Source: an uncultured Chloroflexia bacterium (GTDB taxonomy: Bacteria > Chloroflexota > Anaerolineae > Anaerolineales > UBA4823). From it: a stretch of 64,000 nt of DNA. Under the pieces are notes generated by a model. It was not told the DNA's origin. It searched no databases and saw only the letters and a list, made by a program, of their open reading frames with translations. The stretch covers positions 7,922-71,921 of the forward strand of contig CAVVAJ010000006.1 in the NCBI GenBank assembly GCA_963746255.1. The letters are read 5' to 3'. The stretch's first letter is position 1, and each line of letters opens with the position of its first letter. Below, piece by piece: positions 38,901-49,171 of this stretch. A program made the translations under genes and the position numbers.

Positions 38901-39980
38901 ATGTCACAAGAGAATTTCAGCTCGGAATTAGCTAAAGTCCTATCAGATTGCACTACCAAAGACCTGTTCTCCGGGGCAGTGCTAATAGCACAATCTGGGC
39001 AAACTATCTTCGCGCAGGGGTATGGTTATGCAAATCGCGCTTGGCAAATTCCCAATACAATCCATACTCGATATCGCGTCGCTTCGCTATCAAAGATGTT
39101 CACCGGCCTGGCTGTCTTTCAGCTTATTGAGCGAGAGCTGTTATCCTTTTCCACACCCGTCCTGGAAATATTGGCGTTTCCCAGTACTAAAATCTCTTCA
39201 TCAGTCACGATTCAACATCTACTGACCATGACTTCAGGCATAGCCGATTGGTTTGAAGAGTCTGGGGATTGGGAAGCGAATTGGCAGCAGCTAATTACCA
39301 CTTACCCGATCTACCTTTTTCGTGATAACAAAGACTACTTGCCGTTGTTCCTGTACTCCGAGCCGTTATTCCCGGTGGGTCAGCGCTACCAGTACAACAG
39401 TGCTGGGTATATTTTGTTGGGATTAGTTATTGAAAAAATCACTGGTCAATCATACTTCACATATATAACCAACGAGATATTCAACCCTTTTGGGATGCAG
39501 CAGACCGGGTTTATCGCGCTTGACGATCCTGCTCCAGACATCGCTGAGGGGTATGCAAGAATTGAACAGGAGGGCACGCCCATTTCTTGGCAGCGCAACA
39601 TCTACTCCACAACACCACAAGCAGCCGCGGATGGAGGCGCAACCTCCACGCTAACCGATCTGCTTCTCTTTTCGAAAGCTATCCGAGCAGGTAGTACACT
39701 CTCCCCAGAATTGGCAGCAGAATTCCTAACACCCAAAGTTCAGCAGTTCGAAGATACTTTCCGCGAATATTATTGGTATTATGGCTATGCAAATATATTT
39801 ATACTGAACGAAATGCGAAAGGTTATCCGCTGGGGCCATACCGGTGAGGAAGAAGGCGTTAGCTGCCGGTTATTCTATTTCCCCCAACAAGACGTGGACG
39901 CCATCATCCTCGGCAATCAATCCTGGTCCGCAGGCGAGTTGGGCTGGGAAATCCACGACCTCGTGATCAATCTGCTGTAA
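38901..39980 (+). CDS. Serine hydrolase, beta-lactamase/transpeptidase-like family
   Basis: SxxK motif (ASLSKMFT) and YxN-like motif (YNSAGY). 359 aa. Confidence 0.75.
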   Translation: MSQENFSSELAKVLSDCTTKDLFSGAVLIAQSGQTIFAQGYGYANRAWQIPNTIHTRYRVASLSKMFTGLAVFQLIERELLSFSTPVLEILAFPSTKISSSVTIQHLLTMTSGIADWFEESGDWEANWQQLITTYPIYLFRDNKDYLPLFLYSEPLFPVGQRYQYNSAGYILLGLVIEKITGQSYFTYITNEIFNPFGMQQTGFIALDDPAPDIAEGYARIEQEGTPISWQRNIYSTTPQAAADGGATSTLTDLLLFSKAIRAGSTLSPELAAEFLTPKVQQFEDTFREYYWYYGYANIFILNEMRKVIRWGHTGEEEGVSCRLFYFPQQDVDAIILGNQSWSAGELGWEIHDLVINLL

Positions 39981-40032
39981 GCATTATTTATACTTGCAGC
40001 AGACCAAAATCTGACGGATTAAAGGACTAGCC

Positions 40033-40887
40033 ATGGAGAAACGTCGTCTAGGGCGAACTGGCCATATGAGCACTTTAGGGATCTTTGGTGGGGCAGCTTT
40101 CTGGGAAGTATCCCAAGATCAAGCAGACGAGACGATGGAATTGGTGATCAAAGCCGGCATCAACCATCTCGATGTCGCGCCGCAGTACGGGGTCGCTGAA
40201 GAAGTGATCGGACCCTGGCTAGAAATAGATCGTCGGAGATTTTTTCTGGGCTGCAAAACGATGGAAAGATCGCAATCTAGCGCCTGGCAGGAACTCGAAC
40301 GTTCACTGCAGCGTTTGCGGGTTGCTGATCTAGATCTCTACCAGCTCCATGCGATCACCACCATGGAAGAATTAGATCAGGTCACTAGACCTGGTGGAGC
40401 GCTTGAAACACTGATTGCCGCCCGCGATCAGGGTATCACACGTTTCCTGGGCATAACGGGGCATGGGTTTGACACGCCCACTATCATAAATGAGGCTTTA
40501 TCCCGCTTTGATTTTGATTGTGTCATGTTCCCACTGAATTTCATCCTTTATAGGAATCCGGTCTACCGTGAGAGCACTGAACAACTGCTGCGTATCTGCC
40601 AGGCGAAAGATATTGGCGTCATGGCGATAAAATCAATCGCTCGTGGAGCATATCCATCGGATATAAAAACTCATACGACCTGGTATGAGCCCTTTACTGA
40701 TCCAAAGACGATCGAAAAGGCAGTAAACTTTACGTTATCGCAACCCATTACAGGCATCTGCTTAGCGGGTGACGTAAGATTAACTCCCAAATTAATCAAA
40801 GCCTGCCAAAACTATACACCGCTAAACAGGGATGATCAGCAGGAGCTGTTAGATCTTTCAGAACAGTACGAACCATTATTTTCATGA
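40033..40887 (+). CDS. Aldo/keto reductase
   Basis: RRLGRTGHMSTLGIFG, LYQLHAI and GITGHG motifs. Confidence 0.75.
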   Translation: MEKRRLGRTGHMSTLGIFGGAAFWEVSQDQADETMELVIKAGINHLDVAPQYGVAEEVIGPWLEIDRRRFFLGCKTMERSQSSAWQELERSLQRLRVADLDLYQLHAITTMEELDQVTRPGGALETLIAARDQGITRFLGITGHGFDTPTIINEALSRFDFDCVMFPLNFILYRNPVYRESTEQLLRICQAKDIGVMAIKSIARGAYPSDIKTHTTWYEPFTDPKTIEKAVNFTLSQPITGICLAGDVRLTPKLIKACQNYTPLNRDDQQELLDLSEQYEPLFS

Positions 40888-41642
40888 CCATGGATCCGAC
40901 AATAATCGAAGCAGCCGGAGCGAATGCTTGGCCTGCCTTGCATCAGCAATACTATGATGGCTGGATGATGCGTTTTTCTAATGGTTACACGAAACGAGCA
41001 AATTCAATCTATATAAACCACCCCTCCACGCTACCTCTAGGTACGAAGCTAGAAGTATGCCGCGGGAGATATGCTGCCCATAATTTGCCAACTATTTTCC
41101 GTGTTACGACCATCTCCCCCGAACCTGAACTTGATGACTACCTTAAAAACCATTGCTTTCGGGGCGCGAGCCAAACGAAGGTCATGTCTTGCCCGATAAA
41201 TCAATCTGCTAACAACAATGCACCAAAGTCAGTAATCAGCTCACTTCCACTTGCTGAGTGGTTATCACTTTTTTACAGTCTCTCTGAGTACAGCCCAGAG
41301 TATTGGCAGACCCACTATGCAATCTTATCCAAGATAGAGAGGCAGGTAGTGTTTCTTGGATTATCCAGCAATGGCAGAGTGATTGCTTGCGGAATGGGGG
41401 TATTGGATGGAGATTATTTCGGTCTGTTCAGTTTGCTCACGGCAGTTAAATATCGCAATCAAGGATTTGGAGCTGAAATTTTAGCCGCCCTTATGAATTG
41501 GGCATCAGAGAATGGGGCTGCTTTTGCGTATCTGCAGGTTCAAGCAGACAACTCACCTGCTCTCCACCTTTATCAAAAATACCAATTCAAACCTGTTTAT
41601 GAGTATTGGTACCGTATTCAACCAAATATGTCAGCTATTTAA
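40884..41642 (+). CDS. GNAT family N-acetyltransferase
   Basis: The C-terminal half has ..V..KYRNQGFGAEILAALMNWA..NGA..AYLQV...N..A..LY.K..F... Confidence 0.7.
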   Translation: MTMDPTIIEAAGANAWPALHQQYYDGWMMRFSNGYTKRANSIYINHPSTLPLGTKLEVCRGRYAAHNLPTIFRVTTISPEPELDDYLKNHCFRGASQTKVMSCPINQSANNNAPKSVISSLPLAEWLSLFYSLSEYSPEYWQTHYAILSKIERQVVFLGLSSNGRVIACGMGVLDGDYFGLFSLLTAVKYRNQGFGAEILAALMNWASENGAAFAYLQVQADNSPALHLYQKYQFKPVYEYWYRIQPNMSAI

Positions 41643-41779
41643 TTCACATATAAGTAATACCCATGGAACATACCAAATGAGCGCTATAAACATCATATCA
41701 ATTCCTGGCATATATGGGAAAATAAAAATTACGCGCGTCACAAGCGGAGGTTTCCCACAGAAAACGGCCTAAGAAGAGT

Positions 41780-42731
41780 CTGGCTTATATTATGAACTTG
41801 GCTATGCGCATGGCTGTAATCGGCAGATGAACATGTGTTTGATGAACCTGATTGGTATAGGTACATCATCCGAACACTTAACATTCAACGATGACTTGAT
41901 CGCCGTGATAGCTATATGCGCTGCATCGATCTCGCTGGAAAAGCCCGCCATGGAATCCGCTGAACTTTCGGGGCATTTATTGGACTTCCTGCAGTCCTAC
42001 TGCCAAGGCGTGAACCAGGCTGTATCCGATACCCGCACACCATTTGAGTTCCGCATATTGGGCTAAAACTAGATGCATGGACACCTTCAGATGTACTGTT
42101 GAAGGCTCAGATGATCGGATTTATCGGTTTATCACAATCCCAAGGTGATATCGAGAAATTCATCCTCCAATTGATCCAGCATGATCTCGCTCCCGGAAAA
42201 ATTAAGCAGCTTTCCCTGCCATACAAGAAGATATAACTCCAGAGTTAATCGATATCGTGAAACAAATAGACTTTGTGACACCACCCCGCCTAACACTGTC
42301 CCTTTGAAAAAATATCTGCCCAATTTCTCGGCCAGCAATAATTAGGTGGTAAGCCCGGAGCGCTCGGCATCCGGTTCAGCTATACTTTGCGGAGATCCCC
42401 ACTTACGTTGCAGCTGCCGTCTATTTGGTATCAAGCAGAACTTTCCAGCCCCGATCATTACCTTGTCGGCGCAACCTTGCCGGGAGTACCTGTAGTCGCT
42501 TTAGGCCGCACTCATGATTTAGCATGGTCGGTGACGTACGGCACGGCTGACATCAGCGATTATTTTGTTGAGCAGGTTGTGAATGGAAAGTACCGCCACG
42601 GCGTAGTAGAACCGATGACCTTGCCAATGGCTAGTTACAGTTCCGATCGCACCGACGTTTTTCGAAGTATTACACCGCGGGAATGGAAGAATTGGAGCAT
42701 GGAATTTATGACACATTCTCCCTTACTTTAG
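41780..42731 (+). pseudogene. Penicillin amidase / acylase (Ntn hydrolase, S45) family remnant
   Basis: Recognisable pieces lie in shifting frames. Alpha-subunit motifs are ..LGYAHGCNRQM.. and ..YCQGVNQAV...PFEFRILG. Next comes ..ASNN*VVSPERSASGSAILCGDPHL, the beta-subunit N-terminal nucleophile region, where TAG replaces the Trp codon. Then comes LQLPSIWYQAEL....GATLPGVPVVALGRTHDLAWSVTYGTADISDYF. Only about 115 aa of the beta subunit remain. Confidence 0.8.
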
Positions 42732-42848
42732 GATCGCAACCGGAACAAACTCAAGCTGAGTAACGTCTTATGAACTGAGCGAGAAATTTCTTGATAAAAT
42801 CAAGCTCAACAATGATATCAATCGATTACATATTTATAAGGAGTTGAA

Positions 42849-43346
42849 ATGTCTACAAACGACACACAAGATGCCAACTACGAATCGCAACCGCTAAAGA
42901 GGACAAGCTATTATATTGTTGGCGCAGTAATCGCGATTGCCATTCTACTTGCTGCCAGCTACCTCATCGCCGGAGCCGGGCAAGATGCTGACCATGGTGA
43001 ATCCGCAATTGACCTCAACGGATCTGCTTGGGTTCTTCTGTCTTTATCAGGTCAAGAGCTGATACCTGAAACCGATATAACCGGAGAATTTTTTGAAGGT
43101 AATTTCAGTGGTACCGCAGGTTGTAATAATTATTTCACATCCTACGAAACAGCCGGTGGGACATTAAAATTCGGCCCTGCAGGCTCTACGATGATGTTCT
43201 GTGAGCAGCCGGAGGGAGTCATGGACCAGGAGATTGCATATCTTGCTTCACTCAACCAGGTATCATCTTTCCAGATCGAAGATGAAGATTTAATTATGCT
43301 CGATGATGCGGGTAATTCAGTATTGGTATTCAAATCCAGCCAGTAA
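42849..43346 (+). CDS. META domain (HslJ-like) protein with N-terminal membrane anchor
   Basis: ..F..G.FSGTAGCNNYFTSYE..G..L.FGP.GSTMM.C......E..YL..L.. is typical of the META domain. Confidence 0.75.
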   Translation: MSTNDTQDANYESQPLKRTSYYIVGAVIAIAILLAASYLIAGAGQDADHGESAIDLNGSAWVLLSLSGQELIPETDITGEFFEGNFSGTAGCNNYFTSYETAGGTLKFGPAGSTMMFCEQPEGVMDQEIAYLASLNQVSSFQIEDEDLIMLDDAGNSVLVFKSSQ

Positions 43347-43363
43347 ATATTTAGCCCCATATA

Positions 43364-43410
43364 AGCACTCTAAACAGGCGGATTTTCCTGCTTGTTTAGA
43401 GTGCTGTTTC
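43364..43410. terminator. Hairpin between convergent genes (candidate bidirectional terminator)
   Basis: A 12-bp stem pairs AGCACTCTAAAC (43364-43375) with GTTTAGAGTGCT (43394-43405), followed by GTTTC. Confidence 0.45.
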
Positions 43411-43570
43411 AATTCACGGTAATCTTTACTTGGAATAATAATCGTATTGCTGACTCGGCGTTCATCTCCCGGTCATCAGGTCGCAAACCTTTATGAGTTC
43501 GATTGAAACCGCGTGCAACTTATTCATCAGCCAGCTCTCTGGATTCCCCCTAATCTCGCGATCTCTATCT

Positions 43571-44821
43571 TTAGCCCTCATTGAAGCGCTTGAGCACCAA
43601 GCACGCATTTTGACCACCCAGACCGAACGAATTTGACAGTGCCACATCTACTTCGCGGTTAATTGCCTCATTCGGGACATAATATAGATCACATTCCGGA
43701 TCCGGATGCTCATAATTTATTGTTGGTGGAATGATGCCGCTGTTGATCACCATTATACAAACCACCGCTTCCAAAGCCCCGGTCGCACCCATAGCATGTC
43801 CTGTCATTGACTTGGTTGAGCTGATTGGCAGCTCATACGCATGATCCCCAAATACACGCTTGATCGCACTCGTCTCGGTTGCATCATTCAAAGCTGTAGA
43901 AGTACCATGTGGGTTTATGTAACCGATATCAGCAGGGTTAATCTGTGCGTTCTCTAGAGCCCAACGCATAGCTCGTTCTGGTCCTGATCCTTTGGTGTCC
44001 ATCGCAATCATGTGGTAGGCATCCGATGAAGATGAGTGTCCAATCACTTCAGCGTAAATTTTTGCTCCCCTCGCCTTAGCAATTTCCAAGTTTTCGAGGA
44101 CAAGTACAGCTGCCCCCTCTGCTAATACAAATCCCTGCCGTGTCCGGTCGAATGGTCTTGAAGCTGCCTGCGGATATTCATTAAAATCGATAGGCAAAGC
44201 TCGCATGGCGCAGAATGCTCCGATGGCATGCTCGTTCACAACTGCCTCAGTTCCACCTGCTAAAACCAAATCGGCGGCTCCTCTCCAAATGTATTCTGCC
44301 CCTTCGCCAACTGCTTGTGTCCCCGCTGCGCACGCTGTTGTCGTTGTATTGTTAGGTCCGAGGCAGCGCAGCTCTTTTGCAATCTGTGCTGCGGGCATAT
44401 TTGGCAGACCGGCGGGTAATAGGAATGGGTTGAGACGGCTATAACCCTGATTTTTGATGATTTCAAATGAGCCAGTTACATTTTCGATTCCCGCTATTCC
44501 GGTACCCAACATAACCCCGGATCTTTCTGGAATAGGCACTTGCTCACCTAGTCCGGCATCTTGGAGAGCCATTTTTGATGTTGCAACAGCTAAATGGGTC
44601 GCTCGCGGTGTCCTTCTGATCTCTGTCCGCTCCATATACTCGTGTGGATCAAAATCAGGGATTTCTCCCGCAATCTGGCAGGGCAAATTGCTTGGGTCAA
44701 AATGGGTGATCGTGTTTATCCCTGACCTCCCTGCACATAATCCATCCCAAAAGGATTCGAGGGATACGCCTAATGGGCTAACTACCCCTATACCTGTAAC
44801 GACAACACGAATTGGCCTCAT
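43571..44821 (-). CDS. fabF: Beta-ketoacyl-ACP synthase II
   Basis: RVVVTGIGVVSPLG, active-site ..TACAAG.., ..INPHGTST..D and ..SNSFGFGGQNA-like (SNSFGLGGQNACL). The likely start is the Met at 44821 (MRPIRVVVTG). Confidence 0.9.
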   Translation of the reverse strand: MRPIRVVVTGIGVVSPLGVSLESFWDGLCAGRSGINTITHFDPSNLPCQIAGEIPDFDPHEYMERTEIRRTPRATHLAVATSKMALQDAGLGEQVPIPERSGVMLGTGIAGIENVTGSFEIIKNQGYSRLNPFLLPAGLPNMPAAQIAKELRCLGPNNTTTTACAAGTQAVGEGAEYIWRGAADLVLAGGTEAVVNEHAIGAFCAMRALPIDFNEYPQAASRPFDRTRQGFVLAEGAAVLVLENLEIAKARGAKIYAEVIGHSSSSDAYHMIAMDTKGSGPERAMRWALENAQINPADIGYINPHGTSTALNDATETSAIKRVFGDHAYELPISSTKSMTGHAMGATGALEAVVCIMVINSGIIPPTINYEHPDPECDLYYVPNEAINREVDVALSNSFGLGGQNACLVLKRFNEG

Positions 44822-45005
44822 TTGATTCCTTCTTCGATTACGATTTTCTGCACCTACGACTCTACTCATGAGCAGGGTCATTATACTTTACACAATCTAA
44901 CATCCTGCGACTGTATGACTAGTTAAATTGGAGGTCCGTGTTATGCATATTTATGGCAAGATTGAGGTGATAGAATAAATGCAGTCTAGTCATATGGAGG
45001 CGTAG

Positions 45006-45797
45006 ATGAAAACAATTGTCATCACCGGTAGCACACGAGGAATAGGCTACGGTCTCGCATCCGCTTTTCTCGAGCGGGGCTGTCAGGTCGTACTTAGTGG
45101 ACGCACACCTGCATCAGTAGAACACGCCCTGAACACACTACAAGAAGCTCATTATTCGCATCAGGCGCTTGGTATCACGTGTGACGTTACAGAGCCCCAA
45201 CAAGTACAGGATCTTTGGGACCGGGCATGTGCTAAATTCAATAAAATCGATATCTGGATAAATAATGCTGGCTTTATCAGTTCGGTAAATACGATTGAGG
45301 GCACCGAACCGGCCGAAATCAAAGCTATGGTAGAGACGAATCTTCTCGGGTCAGCGTACGGGGCGCGAGTAGCGCTAATCCAAATGCTCAATCAGGGTTT
45401 TGGCGCAATTTACAATATGGAAGGCTTGGGTAGTGATGGCCGCAGACAAGCAGGGATGACTTACTATGGGGTAACGAAACGCGGATTGAGTTATTTCACT
45501 GACTGCTTGGCTGATGAAGTTAAAGGCACACCCATTATCGCCGCCGGACTCAGCCCAGGTATGGTAATGACAGACCTCATTTATGACCAATACCGCGATA
45601 AACCTGATGAGATCGAGCGGGTGAGGAAAATATTCAACATTCTCGCCGATCGTGTTGAAAACGTAGCACCCTGGTTGGCGGATAAGATATTATCAAATCA
45701 GAAATCCGGCATTCGTATTAGCTATCTGACGCGGGGCAAGATCCTGGGGCGGTTCTTGAGTGCACCGTTTAGTAAGCGAGATGTATTCCAAACATAA
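45006..45797 (+). CDS. Short-chain dehydrogenase/reductase (SDR)
   Basis: TGSTRGIG cofactor motif, NNAG, and a YxxxK-like YGVTK. Confidence 0.8.
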   Translation: MKTIVITGSTRGIGYGLASAFLERGCQVVLSGRTPASVEHALNTLQEAHYSHQALGITCDVTEPQQVQDLWDRACAKFNKIDIWINNAGFISSVNTIEGTEPAEIKAMVETNLLGSAYGARVALIQMLNQGFGAIYNMEGLGSDGRRQAGMTYYGVTKRGLSYFTDCLADEVKGTPIIAAGLSPGMVMTDLIYDQYRDKPDEIERVRKIFNILADRVENVAPWLADKILSNQKSGIRISYLTRGKILGRFLSAPFSKRDVFQT

Positions 45798-45925
45798 AAA
45801 TAGTCGACAAAAACTTGCGGCATAAACAAATTTGACGGATTACTAGCGATTCTGCTGTGATTTACGAGGATTACAATTATTTCAAATAGAACATCTTACC
45901 TGGTTCTGAGGTACAATAACTTCAC

Positions 45926-48061
45926 TTGGATCGCAATCCTGACGCGCAAGCATTTTGGAATCATCCAAAGTTAACCATGCCCCCCACTCGACCACGTTTA
46001 TTCTTATATCTCCTGCTTTCGGGATTATGTGGGTTATTTATCCTTATTTTCATTAATCCCCCTACGACCAACGCCCAGCAACCCAACCAATACGTGCTCA
46101 TTCCATCAGGTGAAAGTGGCCCAGCCACTTATCAGGGAATAATCGACTCCGCCCGCGACAATCTCATCCAGGGATATCTCCGAATATTGCTGCTACCAAT
46201 CGGAGAGGCGAGCAACCCGAATGAGATTGACCTCCTTGAAAGGACAGAAATTATTCAGCATCTAGAGCGACAACGCCTGCAAATTGAATATTTGTGCATA
46301 TTAACCATGCCTGCTGGTATACCCTGCGAAATTGAATTAGCCCCGATCATTACCCGGCAGGACGCATCTTCGTCAATCGTCGACCGCTTTTTTGAAAAGC
46401 CCCATTCAGCGGTCTTAATTACTGGAGACGACCCGCGCATAGCCCTGAATGTACTGGGCGGAACACGACTAGAGCGCAATTTATTCGAGGCATATCAAAA
46501 AGGCGAGATCATGGCCGGCGAAGGTGGCTCTACAAATATCTTCTCGACGGCCGCATTGATTGGCTATAATGAGGACTTCGGACCTTATGATGGGTTCAAT
46601 TTCGGATCGGTGGATGTTTGGCACACAGCAGAACAGCATGGACTCACTTTTGGGATCAAACAGGCAATCATTGACCATGCAGTACTGCAGCAAAATCACC
46701 TCACAAGACTCCTCAACGCAGTTCTGACTGCTGATACCCCCAACCTTGGCATTGGTATAGAAGATAATTCGGGTGTGAATATCGTGTCAGATACAATTTT
46801 AACAATGCCGTTTGGCGCGAGTACTATCACAATCGTTGACGCTGAGACATATCAAGCAACAGAAAACATTACGTACGAAGACTGCGGCAGTGCATCAGTG
46901 TGCTATCCCCAGTTCAGTGCCCGTAATATCTTGCTGCATCAGCTTGCACCCGGTCCCTATAGCTACGATCTTGAAGCACGCCGACATTCGCTTGCGGATC
47001 CCAATTCTTTTATGAAGCGTGATTTCTCGTCCCTATCAATACCAAAAAACAGTGGTGCTGTGTATATTTCTGGTGCAGCAGATATTCGCTTAGCAGCCGA
47101 TTCAGTCTCGTCTGAGCTCAAAGCATCCTTGACTAACGTTGAGGGTGAGATATTAGTTTTACTAGTTGATTATCAGGACAATATCTCTACAACCACAATC
47201 GAACGATTATATAGCAACTATTTCCAGCGCCCGGTTAGAATTATCAAACTCCCTGTGCAGGGCAGTGATTTTGAACTCCTAGAACTCGACAATATCGCCG
47301 CGATGGTTTTGCTCGCACGACCAGGCAGCACGATTCCAGCTGGTGCCTTTCACCAAATTAATAACTCGTGGCAGCAAGGGACACCACTGCTCATCAATTC
47401 CGCCGCCGCCCAATTGCTCGGCACATCTTATACACCGCTGCGGCAAAATTTGCCGAACACTTCGTCGATAAACATCGATCGTATCCCTACGAAAGCTGGT
47501 GCGAGTATGTTCGATTTTTCCCTTACCAGTTCTTTGCTAATCGGCAATCGCTGGCAAAGTATGCTAGGCACAGCTTTTCAGCACCCAGAAAACCTATCCA
47601 TTGGCTTGACCGCCGATTCCGGAATAATCCTCTCTCCAGATGGTGGGATTGCTGCAGGTACCGGGCCATTGGTTGTGCTGGATTTTCGCAGATCCATTCT
47701 CGAACAAGCTGCTGATGGAAACGGTGCTATTGCCAATGGTTTACTGGATATATTCCTACCTGGAGAGCGAGTAGTGCCAGTAATCGCGAATGCTCGAGCG
47801 CTGAAATCGCCACCACCCACACCAGAAATCCGGACACCCACTGCAACCTTACCACCAACACTGACACCTACAGCAACAGCGACCGCAACCCAAACCCCGA
47901 CTTTTACACCAAAACCAACTCGAACACGCAAACCCAGCGCCACTCCATTGACTGTTCCACCTTCAGCAAATCCCATCACTATCAATTGGATGGTTGCCAT
48001 CGGTGTACTCATAATCGTTATCATCTTATTTGGGCTATTATGGAACAGGCGGATCCTATAG
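45926..48061 (+). CDS. Hypothetical secreted protein with Pro/Thr-rich stalk and C-terminal TM anchor (weak class-I amidotransferase / peptidase S51-like region)
   Basis: A signal-like N-terminus (likely start ATG 45977), a PT-rich tract (PPPTPEIRTPTATLPPTLTPTATATATQTPTFTPKPT) and a terminal TM helix. The family assignment is weak. Confidence 0.4.
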   Translation: MDRNPDAQAFWNHPKLTMPPTRPRLFLYLLLSGLCGLFILIFINPPTTNAQQPNQYVLIPSGESGPATYQGIIDSARDNLIQGYLRILLLPIGEASNPNEIDLLERTEIIQHLERQRLQIEYLCILTMPAGIPCEIELAPIITRQDASSSIVDRFFEKPHSAVLITGDDPRIALNVLGGTRLERNLFEAYQKGEIMAGEGGSTNIFSTAALIGYNEDFGPYDGFNFGSVDVWHTAEQHGLTFGIKQAIIDHAVLQQNHLTRLLNAVLTADTPNLGIGIEDNSGVNIVSDTILTMPFGASTITIVDAETYQATENITYEDCGSASVCYPQFSARNILLHQLAPGPYSYDLEARRHSLADPNSFMKRDFSSLSIPKNSGAVYISGAADIRLAADSVSSELKASLTNVEGEILVLLVDYQDNISTTTIERLYSNYFQRPVRIIKLPVQGSDFELLELDNIAAMVLLARPGSTIPAGAFHQINNSWQQGTPLLINSAAAQLLGTSYTPLRQNLPNTSSINIDRIPTKAGASMFDFSLTSSLLIGNRWQSMLGTAFQHPENLSIGLTADSGIILSPDGGIAAGTGPLVVLDFRRSILEQAADGNGAIANGLLDIFLPGERVVPVIANARALKSPPPTPEIRTPTATLPPTLTPTATATATQTPTFTPKPTRTRKPSATPLTVPPSANPITINWMVAIGVLIIVIILFGLLWNRRIL

Positions 48062-48252
48062 AACCGAAGAAATAAATCCAGTTTACTATGTGCGCAGCAT
48101 GCTGCATCATCAGCGGAAAGTAATGTAATCAAATTAATGCAGGTTCTTCTATATCACATCCGGGGAGATTCCATCTTCATTGCATCAAACACTTCTTTCA
48201 CGTAAAATACAAACAATTCGTTCATCCATCAATCAAATTGGAGGTCCTAAGA

Positions 48253-49110
48253 ATGACTGATCGAAAAAAAGTTACCCTTAGAACATTATTCAAGAAGAAA
48301 TCTGAACGACAACCGATTTCTTGGCTGACCTGCTACGACTATCCAACCGCCTACCTGCAGGAAGAAGCTGGTATTGACATGATCCTTGTTGGGGATAGTT
48401 TGGGAATGACCATGCTCGGTTATGACACGACGCTGCCAGTAACAATGGAAGATATGATCCGCCATACTCAGGCTGTTCGCCGCGGTGCTCCCAACGTATT
48501 TTTGGTCGGGGATATGCCATACATGAGCTATCAGCCAAGTGTTGAAACCGCGATCAGGAACGCTGGCCGTTTTATGGCAGAAGCCGCATGCGATTCCATA
48601 AAACTTGAGGGGGGTGCAGAAATGGCTGATCGGATCCGCGGCATCGTTAGTGCTGGCATCCCTGCTATTGGGCATTTGGGGTTAACTCCGCAAAGTGTAA
48701 GCGCTTTGGGTGGGTATCGTGTGCAAGGACGCGGTGCGATACAAGCAAAAAAGATTATCACTGACGCCAAAGCACTTCAAGATGCTGGGGCTTTCGCCAT
48801 TTTGCTGGAGATGGTACCTGATCGAGTTACTAAAATCATCACTGAGCAGGTTGAGGACTGCATCATAATGAGCCTCGGATCCGGCCCTGATGCTGATGGG
48901 CAGCTTTTGATCTACCACGACATGTTTGGTCTCTATCCGAAATTTAAACCACGCATGGCAAAAGTCTTCGGTGAAGCCGGACAGGTCATTCTGGACGGAC
49001 TGAAACAATATGCCCAAGAAGTAAATGATAAAACGTTCCCGCAACCAGAGAATTGGTTTACGATCAAAGACGATGAGTATCAAGATCTAATTGACATCTT
49101 AGAGCATTAA
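48253..49110 (+). CDS. panB: 3-methyl-2-oxobutanoate hydroxymethyltransferase
   Basis: ..L.K......I..LT.YDY..A......GID..LVGDSLGM...G...T..VT...M..H...V.RG... and ..KLEGG... Confidence 0.9.
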   Translation: MTDRKKVTLRTLFKKKSERQPISWLTCYDYPTAYLQEEAGIDMILVGDSLGMTMLGYDTTLPVTMEDMIRHTQAVRRGAPNVFLVGDMPYMSYQPSVETAIRNAGRFMAEAACDSIKLEGGAEMADRIRGIVSAGIPAIGHLGLTPQSVSALGGYRVQGRGAIQAKKIITDAKALQDAGAFAILLEMVPDRVTKIITEQVEDCIIMSLGSGPDADGQLLIYHDMFGLYPKFKPRMAKVFGEAGQVILDGLKQYAQEVNDKTFPQPENWFTIKDDEYQDLIDILEH

Positions 49111-49116
49111 ATTAGT

Positions 49117-49156
49117 AAAACCCGATGCACAACTATCTGCATCGGGTTTTTTCTTC
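49117..49156 (+). terminator. Rho-independent terminator after panB
   Basis: The stem pairs AAAACCCGATGCA with TGCATCGGGTTTT around an 8-nt loop, followed by a T-run (TTTTTTCTTCT). Confidence 0.8.
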
Positions 49157-49171
49157 TCGAGGAGAGCAAAA

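Noticed and set aside
47578-48132. The 184-aa minus-strand ORF opposite the end of gene 45926-48061.
   Set aside because: It is the antisense shadow of the Pro/Thr-rich tract and the TM anchor, with low-complexity Gly/Val/Ala repeats and no independent support. The same reasoning applies to the many other 60-150-aa antisense ORFs inside long genes.
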